Below are positions 36,294 to 44,941 of a DNA stretch of 64,000 nucleotides, one piece after another (position 1 is the first letter of the stretch; every line of letters starts with the position of its first letter). This DNA comes from Oscillospiraceae bacterium. GTDB lineage: Bacteria > Bacillota > Clostridia > Oscillospirales > Oscillospiraceae. Both the position numbers and the translations under genes were made by a program. The notes below the pieces were generated by a model. The model had not been told where the DNA came from. It did not search any database and saw only the letters and a program-made list of their open reading frames with translations. The stretch is from the NCBI GenBank assembly GCA_029257695.1, contig JARIAU010000059.1, positions 152 to 64,151 on the forward strand, given 5' to 3'.

Positions 36294-36665
36294 TTACAGC
36301 AGGAACTGGAGCCAAATGGTCAGCACCAGACCCAGCGTAGCTGCGGCTGCGGCGACCTCCAGCTTGTCTGCCAAAGAGTAATGACGGAAGGTATGGAGCA
36401 GGGAACGGAGTTTTTCCGCCACGCTGCGGCGGAGCAGCTTGCCCAGAGGAGCGGGCTGCGGTGCCTTGTGGGCACGGACGGCCTTGGGGGCAGTCTCGGG
36501 GCTGTGCCACACGGAATCGTCGGTTTCCCACTGATAGCTGACCTCGTTTCCCACGGCCGCCGGGACGGCCTTGGCCTGCTGCAGACGGTTGCGGTACTCG
36601 GTGAAGTCGATCACATTGCCTTCTCTGCGGACGAAGTGATTCGTATTGAAATATAGGGTTTTCAT
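36294..36665 (-). CDS. hypothetical tail-anchored membrane protein (123 aa)
   Basis: ATG 10 nt after AAAGGAGG. Hydrophilic body and a 20-residue hydrophobic extreme C-terminus (VAAAAATLGLVLTIWLQFLL). Own terminator. No family recognised. Confidence 0.55.
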   Translation of the reverse strand: MKTLYFNTNHFVRREGNVIDFTEYRNRLQQAKAVPAAVGNEVSYQWETDDSVWHSPETAPKAVRAHKAPQPAPLGKLLRRSVAEKLRSLLHTFRHYSLADKLEVAAAAATLGLVLTIWLQFLL

Positions 36666-36972
36666 AAAAGCCATGCCTCCTTTGCGGCGGGATCGTTGCA
36701 TTCATCTTACCCCGATGACAGTCCGTTAAACCGGACCAAACCCACGGTTTGGTTCGCTGGGGGCAGAGATGCGGGGAAGGAGCGGTCCTCCTTCGACTGA
36801 TACAGACTATACCACAAGCGGGGGGATTCGTAAAGAGGAAACGGTCCGGAATATCACAAAATATGGTTTTTATTTTGGAAAACAAGGGTTATCTAGCACA
36901 ATATATTGAATTATGGTAAACCCGGCGGCGTTATGGAATCTTATGGAAACCGGATGTAAACCAAATAAAACT

Positions 36973-37022
36973 AGAACACTTGTTCTGTGTGTTACTATAG
37001 CACATATGTTCGAACGAGTCAA
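36973..37022 (-). promoter_or_regulatory. near-consensus sigma-A promoter carrying two LexA (Cheo) boxes
   Basis: Minus strand TTGACT (37022-37017), 17 nt, TATAGT (36999-36994). CGAACATATGTGC sits in the spacer (37012-37000). Perfect AGAACAAGTGTTCT palindrome at 36986-36973. Confidence 0.65.
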
Positions 37023-37057
37023 GAAAAAACCACGACAGAAGTCGAATTCTGTCGTGG
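37023..37057 (-). terminator. intrinsic terminator after the SecB-like gene
   Basis: CCACGACAGAA-N6-TTCTGTCGTGG followed by TTTTTTCTT on the minus strand. Confidence 0.75.
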
Positions 37058-37080
37058 AGGAGGGTGGGCAAAGGATCAAT

Positions 37081-37497
37081 TCAGAGGTGGGGAGCGGAAG
37101 CGGCCGGATGGTTGATCACGATCTGTTCCGGCCGGAGGGCACGCTTGGGCAGCAGGAATCCGGGCAGGCCGGAGCCGGCGGCGACAAACGAAAGTGTGCT
37201 TTGCAGATAAGGAAACAGCTGGTCATAACAGGCGATATGAGCCATGCGTTTATCCTGCTCCGTCTCCAGTCCGTCCACATGGAACAGCCCCACAATGGTG
37301 CCGGAGAGAAAGAGCTGCTCCGGGTCTGCCTTGCTTTTGGCGGATTGATACAGCTCCGCCCGACAGCTGTGATTGTCCTCGGAAAAGGTGACATGGAAGT
37401 TGAAGCTGTTGGACAGATCGATTTTGCCGGAGACGGCGATGTGATTCGTAAAATGAAGTTCCTGCACACGCTGGGACATCAGGGTGACATTCAGCAT
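37081..37497 (-). CDS. SecB-like chaperone family protein
   Basis: ATG 37497 after AAAGGAAG. LFLSGTIVGLFHVDG..MAHIACYDQLFPYLQSTLSFVAAGSGLPGFLLP parallels E. coli SecB [44 protein letters not shown]. Confidence 0.6.
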   Translation of the reverse strand: MLNVTLMSQRVQELHFTNHIAVSGKIDLSNSFNFHVTFSEDNHSCRAELYQSAKSKADPEQLFLSGTIVGLFHVDGLETEQDKRMAHIACYDQLFPYLQSTLSFVAAGSGLPGFLLPKRALRPEQIVINHPAASAPHL

Positions 37498-37532
37498 ATT
37501 CTGACACTTCCTTTGCTTGCAAATCTGCATTC

Positions 37533-37560
37533 AGTATAGCACAGCGGCGGGACAAAACAA
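37533..37560 (-). promoter_or_regulatory. candidate promoter of the SecB-like gene
   Basis: Minus strand TTGTTT (37560-37555), 16 nt, TGcTATACT (37541-37533). Confidence 0.45.
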
Positions 37561-37945
37561 GGGGGAAGGGTCGGTTTGTCCGCTGCACTGCCGGCAGCGG
37601 GACAAAAGGAAGGAACGGACGGAAGAGGAGCCTTTGTGCGGAACTTGTCCGTTCCGGGAGGAACGCCTTTGTGCGGGGATGTGTTCGATGTGTACACGGC
37701 CGAATGCAGACAGGGCAGCCGTTTTCTCATTCCCAGCCGGGATGGGGCGGATGGAGAAGCGTGCAACGCAGGGAATGCGTCTTGGAACATGGAGGGAGCC
37801 GGTTTTTTGCCCAAGGGACTTCCCAAAGAGGCACACTGACCTGCCGCTTGGCAAGGAATGTGAAAAAAGCTCCGTTTTTTCTGGACGGATTCGACGAAAT
37901 CCGATATAATCAGACATTATGAAATTCTTAAGATGGAGGACAACT

Positions 37946-39520
37946 GTGAATACAACGACCAAAGAACACATCAAACGAGGGTTTGCGGCGGTGCTGCTGC
38001 TGGTGGCGTTTGCTGCCTTCTGGGGGGCAAAGTGGTACATCCGTGTGTATGGCAGGGTTGGGTTTGACGCCATCCTGTTCACCATGACCGGCAGCCTCAA
38101 GGGTGTGGAAACCGATCTCATTCTGGGCTATCTGTGGAAGGGACTTTGTCCTGCACTGGTAAGCACGGTGGTGGTTTGGTGCCTGCTGTATCTGCCCCGG
38201 CCCATGCGTGTCCCGTGGAAGAACGGCACGGAGCAGACGGTGCTTCCCGTCCCCATGGCGGGGTGGCTGCGGCGGACGGTGGCCGGAGTGCTGTGTGTGC
38301 TGCTGCTGGCTGCGGCGGCGCAGATGGCGGAACTGCCCCAGTGGCTTTGGGGCAAGCTCCAGTGGGGCAGCCTCTATGAAACCGACTATCAGGACCCCAA
38401 GGAGACGGAGATCCGGTTCCCGGAGCAGAAGCGAAACCTGATCTACATTTTCATGGAGTCCATGGAAACCACCTTCATGGCTCCGGAGCAGGGCGGCGGC
38501 CAGCCCTACAACAGCATTCCGGAGCTGTATCAGCTGGCGGAGGAGAATGTCAACTTCTCCCAGACCGACGGCGTGGGCGGCTGGTCCAGAACCACCGGTG
38601 CCACTTGGACGGTGGGCGGTATGGTGTCCCAGACGGCGGGGATTCCGCTGGCCGGCGGAATGGACGGCAATGCCTATGGGCAGCTGTCGGAGTTTTTGCC
38701 CGGCATCACCAATTTGCAGGATGTGCTGCACGCCAACGGATATGAGCAGGCCCTGATGGTGGGCTCGGATGTCAACTTTGCCGGACGGGACAAGTACTTC
38801 CGGCAGCACGGCGTGGAGCGGATCTATGACCTCTATACCGCACGGGCGGAGGGCATTGTGCCACCGGATTATGTGGTCTGGTGGGGGATGGAGGATCTGC
38901 ACCTCTACCGCTATGCCAAGGATAAGATCCTGGAGATGGCACAGCTGGAGCAGCCCTTTGCCTTCACCATGCTGACGGTGGACACCCATCATGTGGACGG
39001 CTATTACTGCGACCTGTGCCGGGAGGAATTTCCGGAGCAGTATTCCAATGTGGCCCACTGTGCCAGCCGTCAGGTGACGGAGTTTTTGGACTGGCTCAAG
39101 CAGCAGGACTTCTATGACAACACCACGGTGGTCATCTGCGGCGACCACCAGTCCATGGACGGGGACTTTTTTGCCCGGAACATGGAGCCGGACTATGACC
39201 GATGCGTGTATAACTGCATTGTGAATGCCGATGCCACCCCGATTCGGAGCAAGGGACGACTGGTGACGCCCTTTGATATGTTCCCCACCACGCTGGCGGC
39301 CATGGGCTGCGAGATCGAGGGAGATCGGCTGGGACTGGGCGTCAATCTGTTTTCCATCCAGCCCACGCTGGCGGAGCGGCTGGGGGGCTACAAGCGGATG
39401 AATGAGGAATTGAGCAAGCGTTCGGAGTACTACGATCAGGTCTTTTTACAGTCCGATCGGGTGGAGCTGGTGGGTGAAACCCAGCGGCCGGAATTTGCCG
39501 AGAGCAGCGAAGAAGCATAA
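37946..39520 (+). CDS. LTA synthase / phosphoglycerol-transferase family protein (sulfatase domain)
   Basis: GTG 37946 after GGAGGA. N-terminal TM segments, then sulfatase-fold motifs (NLIYIFMESMETTF, LTVDTHH, GDHQSM). Confidence 0.8.
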   Translation: MNTTTKEHIKRGFAAVLLLVAFAAFWGAKWYIRVYGRVGFDAILFTMTGSLKGVETDLILGYLWKGLCPALVSTVVVWCLLYLPRPMRVPWKNGTEQTVLPVPMAGWLRRTVAGVLCVLLLAAAAQMAELPQWLWGKLQWGSLYETDYQDPKETEIRFPEQKRNLIYIFMESMETTFMAPEQGGGQPYNSIPELYQLAEENVNFSQTDGVGGWSRTTGATWTVGGMVSQTAGIPLAGGMDGNAYGQLSEFLPGITNLQDVLHANGYEQALMVGSDVNFAGRDKYFRQHGVERIYDLYTARAEGIVPPDYVVWWGMEDLHLYRYAKDKILEMAQLEQPFAFTMLTVDTHHVDGYYCDLCREEFPEQYSNVAHCASRQVTEFLDWLKQQDFYDNTTVVICGDHQSMDGDFFARNMEPDYDRCVYNCIVNADATPIRSKGRLVTPFDMFPTTLAAMGCEIEGDRLGLGVNLFSIQPTLAERLGGYKRMNEELSKRSEYYDQVFLQSDRVELVGETQRPEFAESSEEA

Positions 39521-39533
39521 CCCTATCACAGAC

Positions 39534-39569
39534 AAACGCCGAATGGAATTGCGGTTCCATTCGGCGTTT
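39534..39569. terminator. bidirectional terminator between convergent genes
   Basis: AAACGCCGAATGGAA-N6-TTCCATTCGGCGTTT. Confidence 0.7.
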
Positions 39570-39577
39570 TGTGCTTT

Positions 39578-40495
39578 TTATGCGGCAGGTTGGGTGTCAT
39601 ATCGGGCCTGTGTATCCGCCACGCCCTGCTGATACCCTTGGTTCCAGCCCTCTTGGCGGGCATTGGTCACCAAATCGGCACTGACCAGTGTCCCCTGTTC
39701 CACCAGTTGGTCATAGCGGTCAGCATCGGTTTGAGTCGGGCTGCCATCGGCATCCCAGTAAACACGCTCGTGGGTCAGGCGGCGGAGCAGCTCCTGCTCC
39801 GAGAAGTCGCTGCGGATGGTGTGGCGGTCCAGATGCAGGCTCCAGTAGTCGGTGGCGCCGGAGGAGGACAGGATGAGGGTGTCCGCATCCAGCTGGGACA
39901 GTGCCTGCACCATAGGGGTGACCGCCTCGGCAAAGGCGGCTTCTTCCGTGTAATTGCCCAGCAGGTCGATGCGGACGGTGCTGCGAGAATCCTCCGTCAG
40001 CCCCACCGGATCGACGGAAACCACAACGGAGTCCAGTTCCGCCGGGTCCAAAACCTCATAAACGAAGTCCTTCAGTGCGGTTTCCATGGCGATGCGTTCC
40101 TTCTGTTCCTCGGGGCCGTAAGCCGTCCACAGAGCGGGGAGCAGAGTGGAGCACACCGAACCGGTGATAAGCAGCAGGGAGAGGACCGTCAGGCCAATGC
40201 CCACCTTGACCGGTCGATCCTTCCAGCGGGCAGCGGAGATGAGCACTTCCACGCCCAGAAAAACCAAAATCAGGGGGAGCAGCTTTACCAGGAAGAACAG
40301 CCGCTGTCCCGGCACGAAAAGCGTCAGCGTGATTGCAATGCCGATAAAGACCAGAGCAACGCCCAAGGTGATCCGGCCCACATAGCGGGGAGCCTTGGGA
40401 GCAGGGCAAGAGGCGGTGTTCGGGATGTCCATAGTTGCGGAGACGGTCTCTGCATTCGGCGCAGGGGTGTACATTGCGTCCATGTTATTCTTCAT
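39578..40495 (-). CDS. hypothetical membrane protein (4 TM + ~200-aa extracytoplasmic C-domain)
   Basis: Last gene of the ECF-sigma operon. Start overlaps the upstream stop by 11 nt. No family recognised. Confidence 0.6.
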   Translation of the reverse strand: MKNNMDAMYTPAPNAETVSATMDIPNTASCPAPKAPRYVGRITLGVALVFIGIAITLTLFVPGQRLFFLVKLLPLILVFLGVEVLISAARWKDRPVKVGIGLTVLSLLLITGSVCSTLLPALWTAYGPEEQKERIAMETALKDFVYEVLDPAELDSVVVSVDPVGLTEDSRSTVRIDLLGNYTEEAAFAEAVTPMVQALSQLDADTLILSSSGATDYWSLHLDRHTIRSDFSEQELLRRLTHERVYWDADGSPTQTDADRYDQLVEQGTLVSADLVTNARQEGWNQGYQQGVADTQARYDTQPAA

Positions 40496-41057
40496 CGTCG
40501 ATCCCTCCGTACAGTTCAAGGGTGTCTTCCGGCTTCTTGGGGCCACGGAGCAGCCACAGACCAACCACCACAAAGAGAGCGCCCAAAGCGATGCCGGGCA
40601 GAGAGTAGACGATGCGATTCAGGGTCCAAGTCAGGGAGGAATCGGGCAGCAGCTGCACAAAAGAGAGCAGCAGCGGCTCCACAACGGACTTGTACAGACC
40701 GGCGGCACCCAGAAGGATGCAGCCCCAGCCGATCAGCTTGGGTTTGCCACGGAGCATCTGTTCCACATCCTTCTCGTTCAGGTTCAAATGGACGAGGAAG
40801 TCATCCGCAGGCAGCGGATCTCCGATGCCCTTGTAGTAAGCGAGGATCTGGGCCCGGAGATTGATGGAATCAAAGAAGCTGTACATATAGACCACGGCGG
40901 CCAAGGCCATCAGAACCGGCATAAAGGCAGAGCCCAGCATGATGGGAATGACAAAGAGCAGGATGTGGGAAAGTCCACGCTTCATATAGCCCTGATACAT
41001 CTGCCCGGCACCGGGACACAGGGAAAAGAGATAAGTCAAAAGTGCGTTGCGTTTCAT
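40485..41057 (-). CDS. hypothetical polytopic membrane protein
   Basis: ATG after GGAGGA. N-terminus LCPGAGQMYQGYMKRG followed by several TM segments. Start overlaps the anti-sigma stop (ATGA). Confidence 0.6.
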   Translation of the reverse strand: MKRNALLTYLFSLCPGAGQMYQGYMKRGLSHILLFVIPIMLGSAFMPVLMALAAVVYMYSFFDSINLRAQILAYYKGIGDPLPADDFLVHLNLNEKDVEQMLRGKPKLIGWGCILLGAAGLYKSVVEPLLLSFVQLLPDSSLTWTLNRIVYSLPGIALGALFVVVGLWLLRGPKKPEDTLELYGGIDDEE

Positions 41058-41575
41058 GAGAGATCCTCCATTTGATTTTGTTGGGGATGGGTGGTACGGG
41101 AATCCGGAGAGCGGAAGGCATCCGCAGCGGTGCTCTGTACCTTGATGGACCATTGATCCACGGCAGCTTGCAGCGAGGCGCCAAACGAGGGGGAATCCTC
41201 CGCTGCGGCGGTGTTGGATGGGGACACGGGCAACGGCAGCGACGGCTGCAGCATGGTGTCACCCAGGGCGTTCAGAAAACCGCTGTACCAGAGGGAGCTG
41301 CCGATGGCCACGGCCACGGCAGCGGCGGTGTAGCGGCGGATGGATGCCCGCCATTTGTTCCGGCGGATGCGCTGCATGACCACAGGGGTGACATCGGTCT
41401 CCGGGAATTCCAGTGTGTCCACGGTAAGCTGCTGTGCATAGCGCTCCAGACAGTCGGCACAGAAGCTGAGGTGTTCCCCGGCTTCCAGCCGCTGCAATTC
41501 GTCCAGTTGGCCGTCCATCAGGGCGGCAAGGGCAGCCTCGGTCAGGTGGCCGTCTCGATCAAAGTGTTCGTTCAT
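41054..41575 (-). CDS. anti-sigma factor (zf-HC2 type) with single TM
   Basis: HLSFCADC zinc-finger motif, central TM (YTAAAVAVAIGSSLWYSGFL). Start overlaps the sigma stop (ATGA). The ORF-track 351-aa version runs through the sigma gene in another frame. Confidence 0.65.
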   Translation of the reverse strand: MNEHFDRDGHLTEAALAALMDGQLDELQRLEAGEHLSFCADCLERYAQQLTVDTLEFPETDVTPVVMQRIRRNKWRASIRRYTAAAVAVAIGSSLWYSGFLNALGDTMLQPSLPLPVSPSNTAAAEDSPSFGASLQAAVDQWSIKVQSTAADAFRSPDSRTTHPQQNQMEDLS

Positions 41576-42096
41576 GGTGCGCCGCTCCTTTCTCGAATGG
41601 ATTGCTGCAGCAGCAGCTTGGCACGGTAAAGCTGGGTGCGGACCGTTTTGATGGGGCGACGAAGCAAAAGGGCGATTTCCTCTGCCGAATGCTCCTCCAA
41701 AAAATAGAGTTTGGATACGGTCAGATAGGGTTCCTTCAGTTGATGGATCATGCTTCGGATGGCATCCGCTTCGCTCTCGCTTAGCACCAGGGCCTCCGGA
41801 CCCGGTGCAAGGGGTGGGCCCTCTGACGGGAGCAGAGTCAGACCGTCTTCCCCCGGAGCGGTCACCTTGCGGTGCCATGCGGAACGGAGGTAGTCGGTGG
41901 CCTTGTTGGCGGCAATGCGGATCAGCCAAGGCTTGTAGCGGTCCGGCGGGCAGGAATCCATGTGGGTATAGGCGGCAAGGAAGGTTTCCTGCGTCAGATC
42001 CTCGGCCAGCTGATGATCCTGTACCAGCTGGTGGCAGACGGTGTAGACCAGTGCCTGATATTGTGTTACAAATTTGCTGAATTGTAGGTTGGTCAC
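41572..42096 (-). CDS. ECF (group IV) sigma-70 family RNA polymerase sigma factor
   Basis: Region 2 (DLTQETFLAAY..YKPWLIRIAANKATDYLR) and region 4 (LSVSKLYFLEEHSAEEIALLLRRPIKTVRTQLYRA-type) signatures. Confidence 0.85.
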   Translation of the reverse strand: MTNLQFSKFVTQYQALVYTVCHQLVQDHQLAEDLTQETFLAAYTHMDSCPPDRYKPWLIRIAANKATDYLRSAWHRKVTAPGEDGLTLLPSEGPPLAPGPEALVLSESEADAIRSMIHQLKEPYLTVSKLYFLEEHSAEEIALLLRRPIKTVRTQLYRAKLLLQQSIRERSGAP

Positions 42097-42182
42097 GCTG
42101 CTGCCTCACCGCCTTTCGGAACCCTTCTGTTATAAAAACGAGGAAGGGCAGCTGTTGACTTCAAAAAAAGAGAAAAAATTTC

Positions 42183-42224
42183 ACAAAAAAGAAACAGGGC
42201 AGTTCCGGATGGGGAACTGCCCTG
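42183..42224 (-). terminator. intrinsic terminator after licD
   Basis: CAGGGCAGTTCC-N6-GGAACTGCCCTG followed by TTTCTTTTTTGTG on the minus strand. Confidence 0.7.
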
Positions 42225-42257
42225 TGTTGGACAGGAGATGTGAGAAACCTGCGCCCA

Positions 42258-43157
42258 TCACTTGCGGGGGAAATGCCCCATGTTGGGGATCTCCTCCAGC
42301 GGGACCTCGCCATAGGGGCCGAAATCCAGCTCATAGGGGAAGTGGTTCTTGCGCTTTTCGGGGGGCGGCAGCTGCATATAGTCGCCGTAAATGCGGGAGA
42401 GGTTGGCGTGCAGGTTGTTGCCGAAGGGCAGCTCCACATCCTCAAACGGGTACGGTTTCAAGGGGAACAGGTCGGTGCGGAGGTACTGCTCTGCGTTGGG
42501 GTCGGTATAAAAGAGATAGCCCAGACGCTGGGTGGCCGGAGCATCCTCATAGCGCAGAGCGACTTCCTTGCACTTTTTGGCCAGCCAAGGCTTGGAGATG
42601 CGGAACAGCACCATAAATCCGTGCACCACGGCGGTGGCAGCGTGAGCCAGTTTGGCTTTCCAGCCCTTGAAGGGAAGCACGGGGAAGGGAATGCTGCGCA
42701 GGATCATCAGCTTGGCCAAAAGGGAAGCATCCCGGCACTGCTTTTTGTAGGCCTTGGGGTCGTCGGCCAGCTGGTCATAGGCGTAAATGTCCAGAAAAAT
42801 ACCCAGTTCGCAGTGGATGTCCTTGAGGGATTCCTCCCGGAACTTGGTGCCCTTGAGCATCATGCGGGTGGTCATCAGGGGGAAATTGGGATCATAGTCC
42901 GGATTCATGATGATGTACTTGTCGCTAAGCTGCTCCGTGGCCAGGCGGACGAAGGCGTCGTAATCCTTGCGGGGCAGGGCGATGTCGATGTCGTCATCCC
43001 AGGGAATAAAGCCCTGATTGCGGACCGCACCAATGCCGGTGCCGCCCAGACCGAAGTACTGCAGGCCGTTCTGATCGCAAAACTGCATAAAATCCCGCAA
43101 AATCATCAATTCCAGCTGCTGCACCCGATGCAGGGTCGGCTGATCGTATTCTCTCAT
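42258..43157 (-). CDS. licD: LicD-family phosphotransferase (phosphocholine/ribitol-phosphate type)
   Basis: LGGTGIGAVRNQGFIPWDDDIDIALPRKDY signature. Confidence 0.8.
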   Translation of the reverse strand: MREYDQPTLHRVQQLELMILRDFMQFCDQNGLQYFGLGGTGIGAVRNQGFIPWDDDIDIALPRKDYDAFVRLATEQLSDKYIIMNPDYDPNFPLMTTRMMLKGTKFREESLKDIHCELGIFLDIYAYDQLADDPKAYKKQCRDASLLAKLMILRSIPFPVLPFKGWKAKLAHAATAVVHGFMVLFRISKPWLAKKCKEVALRYEDAPATQRLGYLFYTDPNAEQYLRTDLFPLKPYPFEDVELPFGNNLHANLSRIYGDYMQLPPPEKRKNHFPYELDFGPYGEVPLEEIPNMGHFPRK

Positions 43158-43254
43158 AGATGTGCCTCCAGTCAATCAGAAGTAAAAACAAAACATTATA
43201 CCATGCGAACGGGGAAAACTCAACCAAGGACGGGGAATTCCGACAAAGTCGGTC

Positions 43255-44739
43255 TTATTTCGCCCAGTCCTTGCTGCGGCCTACGGCCTTGTGCCATGCA
43301 TCCATCAAAGCTCCCTGCTGCTGTGCCGACATTCCGGGCTCATATTCCTGATCGCAGACCCAGAGGGAGCGGATCTCCTCCTGTGAGGACCAAACGCCGG
43401 AGGCCAGGCCGGCCAGATAGGCCACACCCAGAGCGGTGGTTTCCCGAATGGCGGGACGGCGCACCTGACAGCCCAGCATATCTGCCTGAAACTGCATCAG
43501 GAAGTTGTCCCGACTGGCACCGCCGTCGGCCTTCAGCGAGCGAAGCTGCAAGCCGGTGTCGGCCTTCATGGCGGCGGCCAGATCGGCCACCTGATAGGCG
43601 ATGGACTCCTGTGCGGCCCGAATGATATGCTCCCGGGTGGTGCCTCGGGTGATGCCCACAATGCAGCCTCGGGCGTACATGTCCCAATAGGGGGCGCCCA
43701 GTCCGGTGAAGGCAGGCACCAGATACACGCCGCCGTTGTCCGGCACCTTTTGGGCATAATACTCGGCATCTCGGCTTTCCGAGAAGAAGCGAAGCTCGTC
43801 CCGCAGCCACTGAATGACCGCACCGCCCACAAACACGGAACCTTCCAGTGCATACTGCACCTTACCGTTGAGCCCCACCGCAATGGTGGTCAGCAGGCCG
43901 TTTTTGCTTTCGCAGGGGGTGTCGCCGGTGTTCATCAGCAGGAAACAGCCGGTGCCATAGGTGTTTTTAATGTCGCCCGGGTCGAAGCAGGTCTGGCCGA
44001 AGAGGGCGGCGTGCTGGTCGCCGGCAATGCCGCAGATGGGGACGCGGACCCCCTGGATGTCTGTATAGCCGTAGATTTCGCTGCTGCTGCGGACCTCCGG
44101 CAGCATGGCCCGAGGGATGTCCAGAGTATGGAGCAGCGTTTCGTCCCAGTCCAGCTTGTGGATGTCAAAAATCATGGTGCGGCTGGCGTTGGTGTAGTCC
44201 GTCACATGGACCTGCCCACCGGTGAGCTTCCAAAGAAGCCAGCTGTCCACCGTGCCGAACAGCACCTCACCCCGCTGTGCCTTTTCACGGGCACCGTCCA
44301 CATGGTCCAAAATCCACTTGATTTTCGTGGCGGAGAAATAGGCATCGGGGATCAGTCCGGTGGTCTTTTTGATATGGTCGCTCAAACCGTCCGCCACCAG
44401 CTGATCCACAATGTCTGCCGTACGGCGGCACTGCCACACAATGGCATTGTAGATGGGCATTCCGGTCTCCCGATCCCAGAGAATGGTGGTTTCCCGCTGA
44501 TTGGTGATGCCGATGCCGGCGATGTCCCGAGGCTCAATGCCGGTTTGGGCGATGACCTCCATCATCACGGCATACTGGCTGGACCAGATTTCCATGGGAT
44601 TGTGCTCCACCCAGCCTTCCTTTGGAAAATGCTGGGTCAGCTCTTTCTGGCTGATCCCGACGATTTTCTGATGTTCGTCAAATAAAATCGCTCTGGAGCT
44701 GGTGGTACCCTGATCCAGAGAGAGGAGATACTTTGCCAT
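43255..44739 (-). CDS. glpK: glycerol kinase
   Basis: [36 protein letters not shown] motifs. The ORF-track extension to 45021 is unsupported. Confidence 0.95.
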   Translation of the reverse strand: MAKYLLSLDQGTTSSRAILFDEHQKIVGISQKELTQHFPKEGWVEHNPMEIWSSQYAVMMEVIAQTGIEPRDIAGIGITNQRETTILWDRETGMPIYNAIVWQCRRTADIVDQLVADGLSDHIKKTTGLIPDAYFSATKIKWILDHVDGAREKAQRGEVLFGTVDSWLLWKLTGGQVHVTDYTNASRTMIFDIHKLDWDETLLHTLDIPRAMLPEVRSSSEIYGYTDIQGVRVPICGIAGDQHAALFGQTCFDPGDIKNTYGTGCFLLMNTGDTPCESKNGLLTTIAVGLNGKVQYALEGSVFVGGAVIQWLRDELRFFSESRDAEYYAQKVPDNGGVYLVPAFTGLGAPYWDMYARGCIVGITRGTTREHIIRAAQESIAYQVADLAAAMKADTGLQLRSLKADGGASRDNFLMQFQADMLGCQVRRPAIRETTALGVAYLAGLASGVWSSQEEIRSLWVCDQEYEPGMSAQQQGALMDAWHKAVGRSKDWAK

Positions 44740-44941
44740 GGGATAGACTTCCTTTCTACGATGGAACCCACAAATGGTGGGATGAAACCCGGAGAAGGTC
44801 CGGAAAAAGTTCAAATTCGTTCCTTTTATTATATCGGTATCCATCGGGAAAGGCAATGGCGGATTTTGTTGAACGGGGAGCGGAATGCAAAACCGGCGGA
44901 GGGCATCAAAATGCCATCCGCCGGGAATCGGTTCGATAGGA

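Noticed and set aside
41054-42109. 351-aa ORF apparently fusing the sigma and anti-sigma regions
   Set aside because: The N-terminal 178 codons are an out-of-frame read through the sigma gene. The anti-sigma starts at ATG 41575, overlapping the sigma stop (ATGA).
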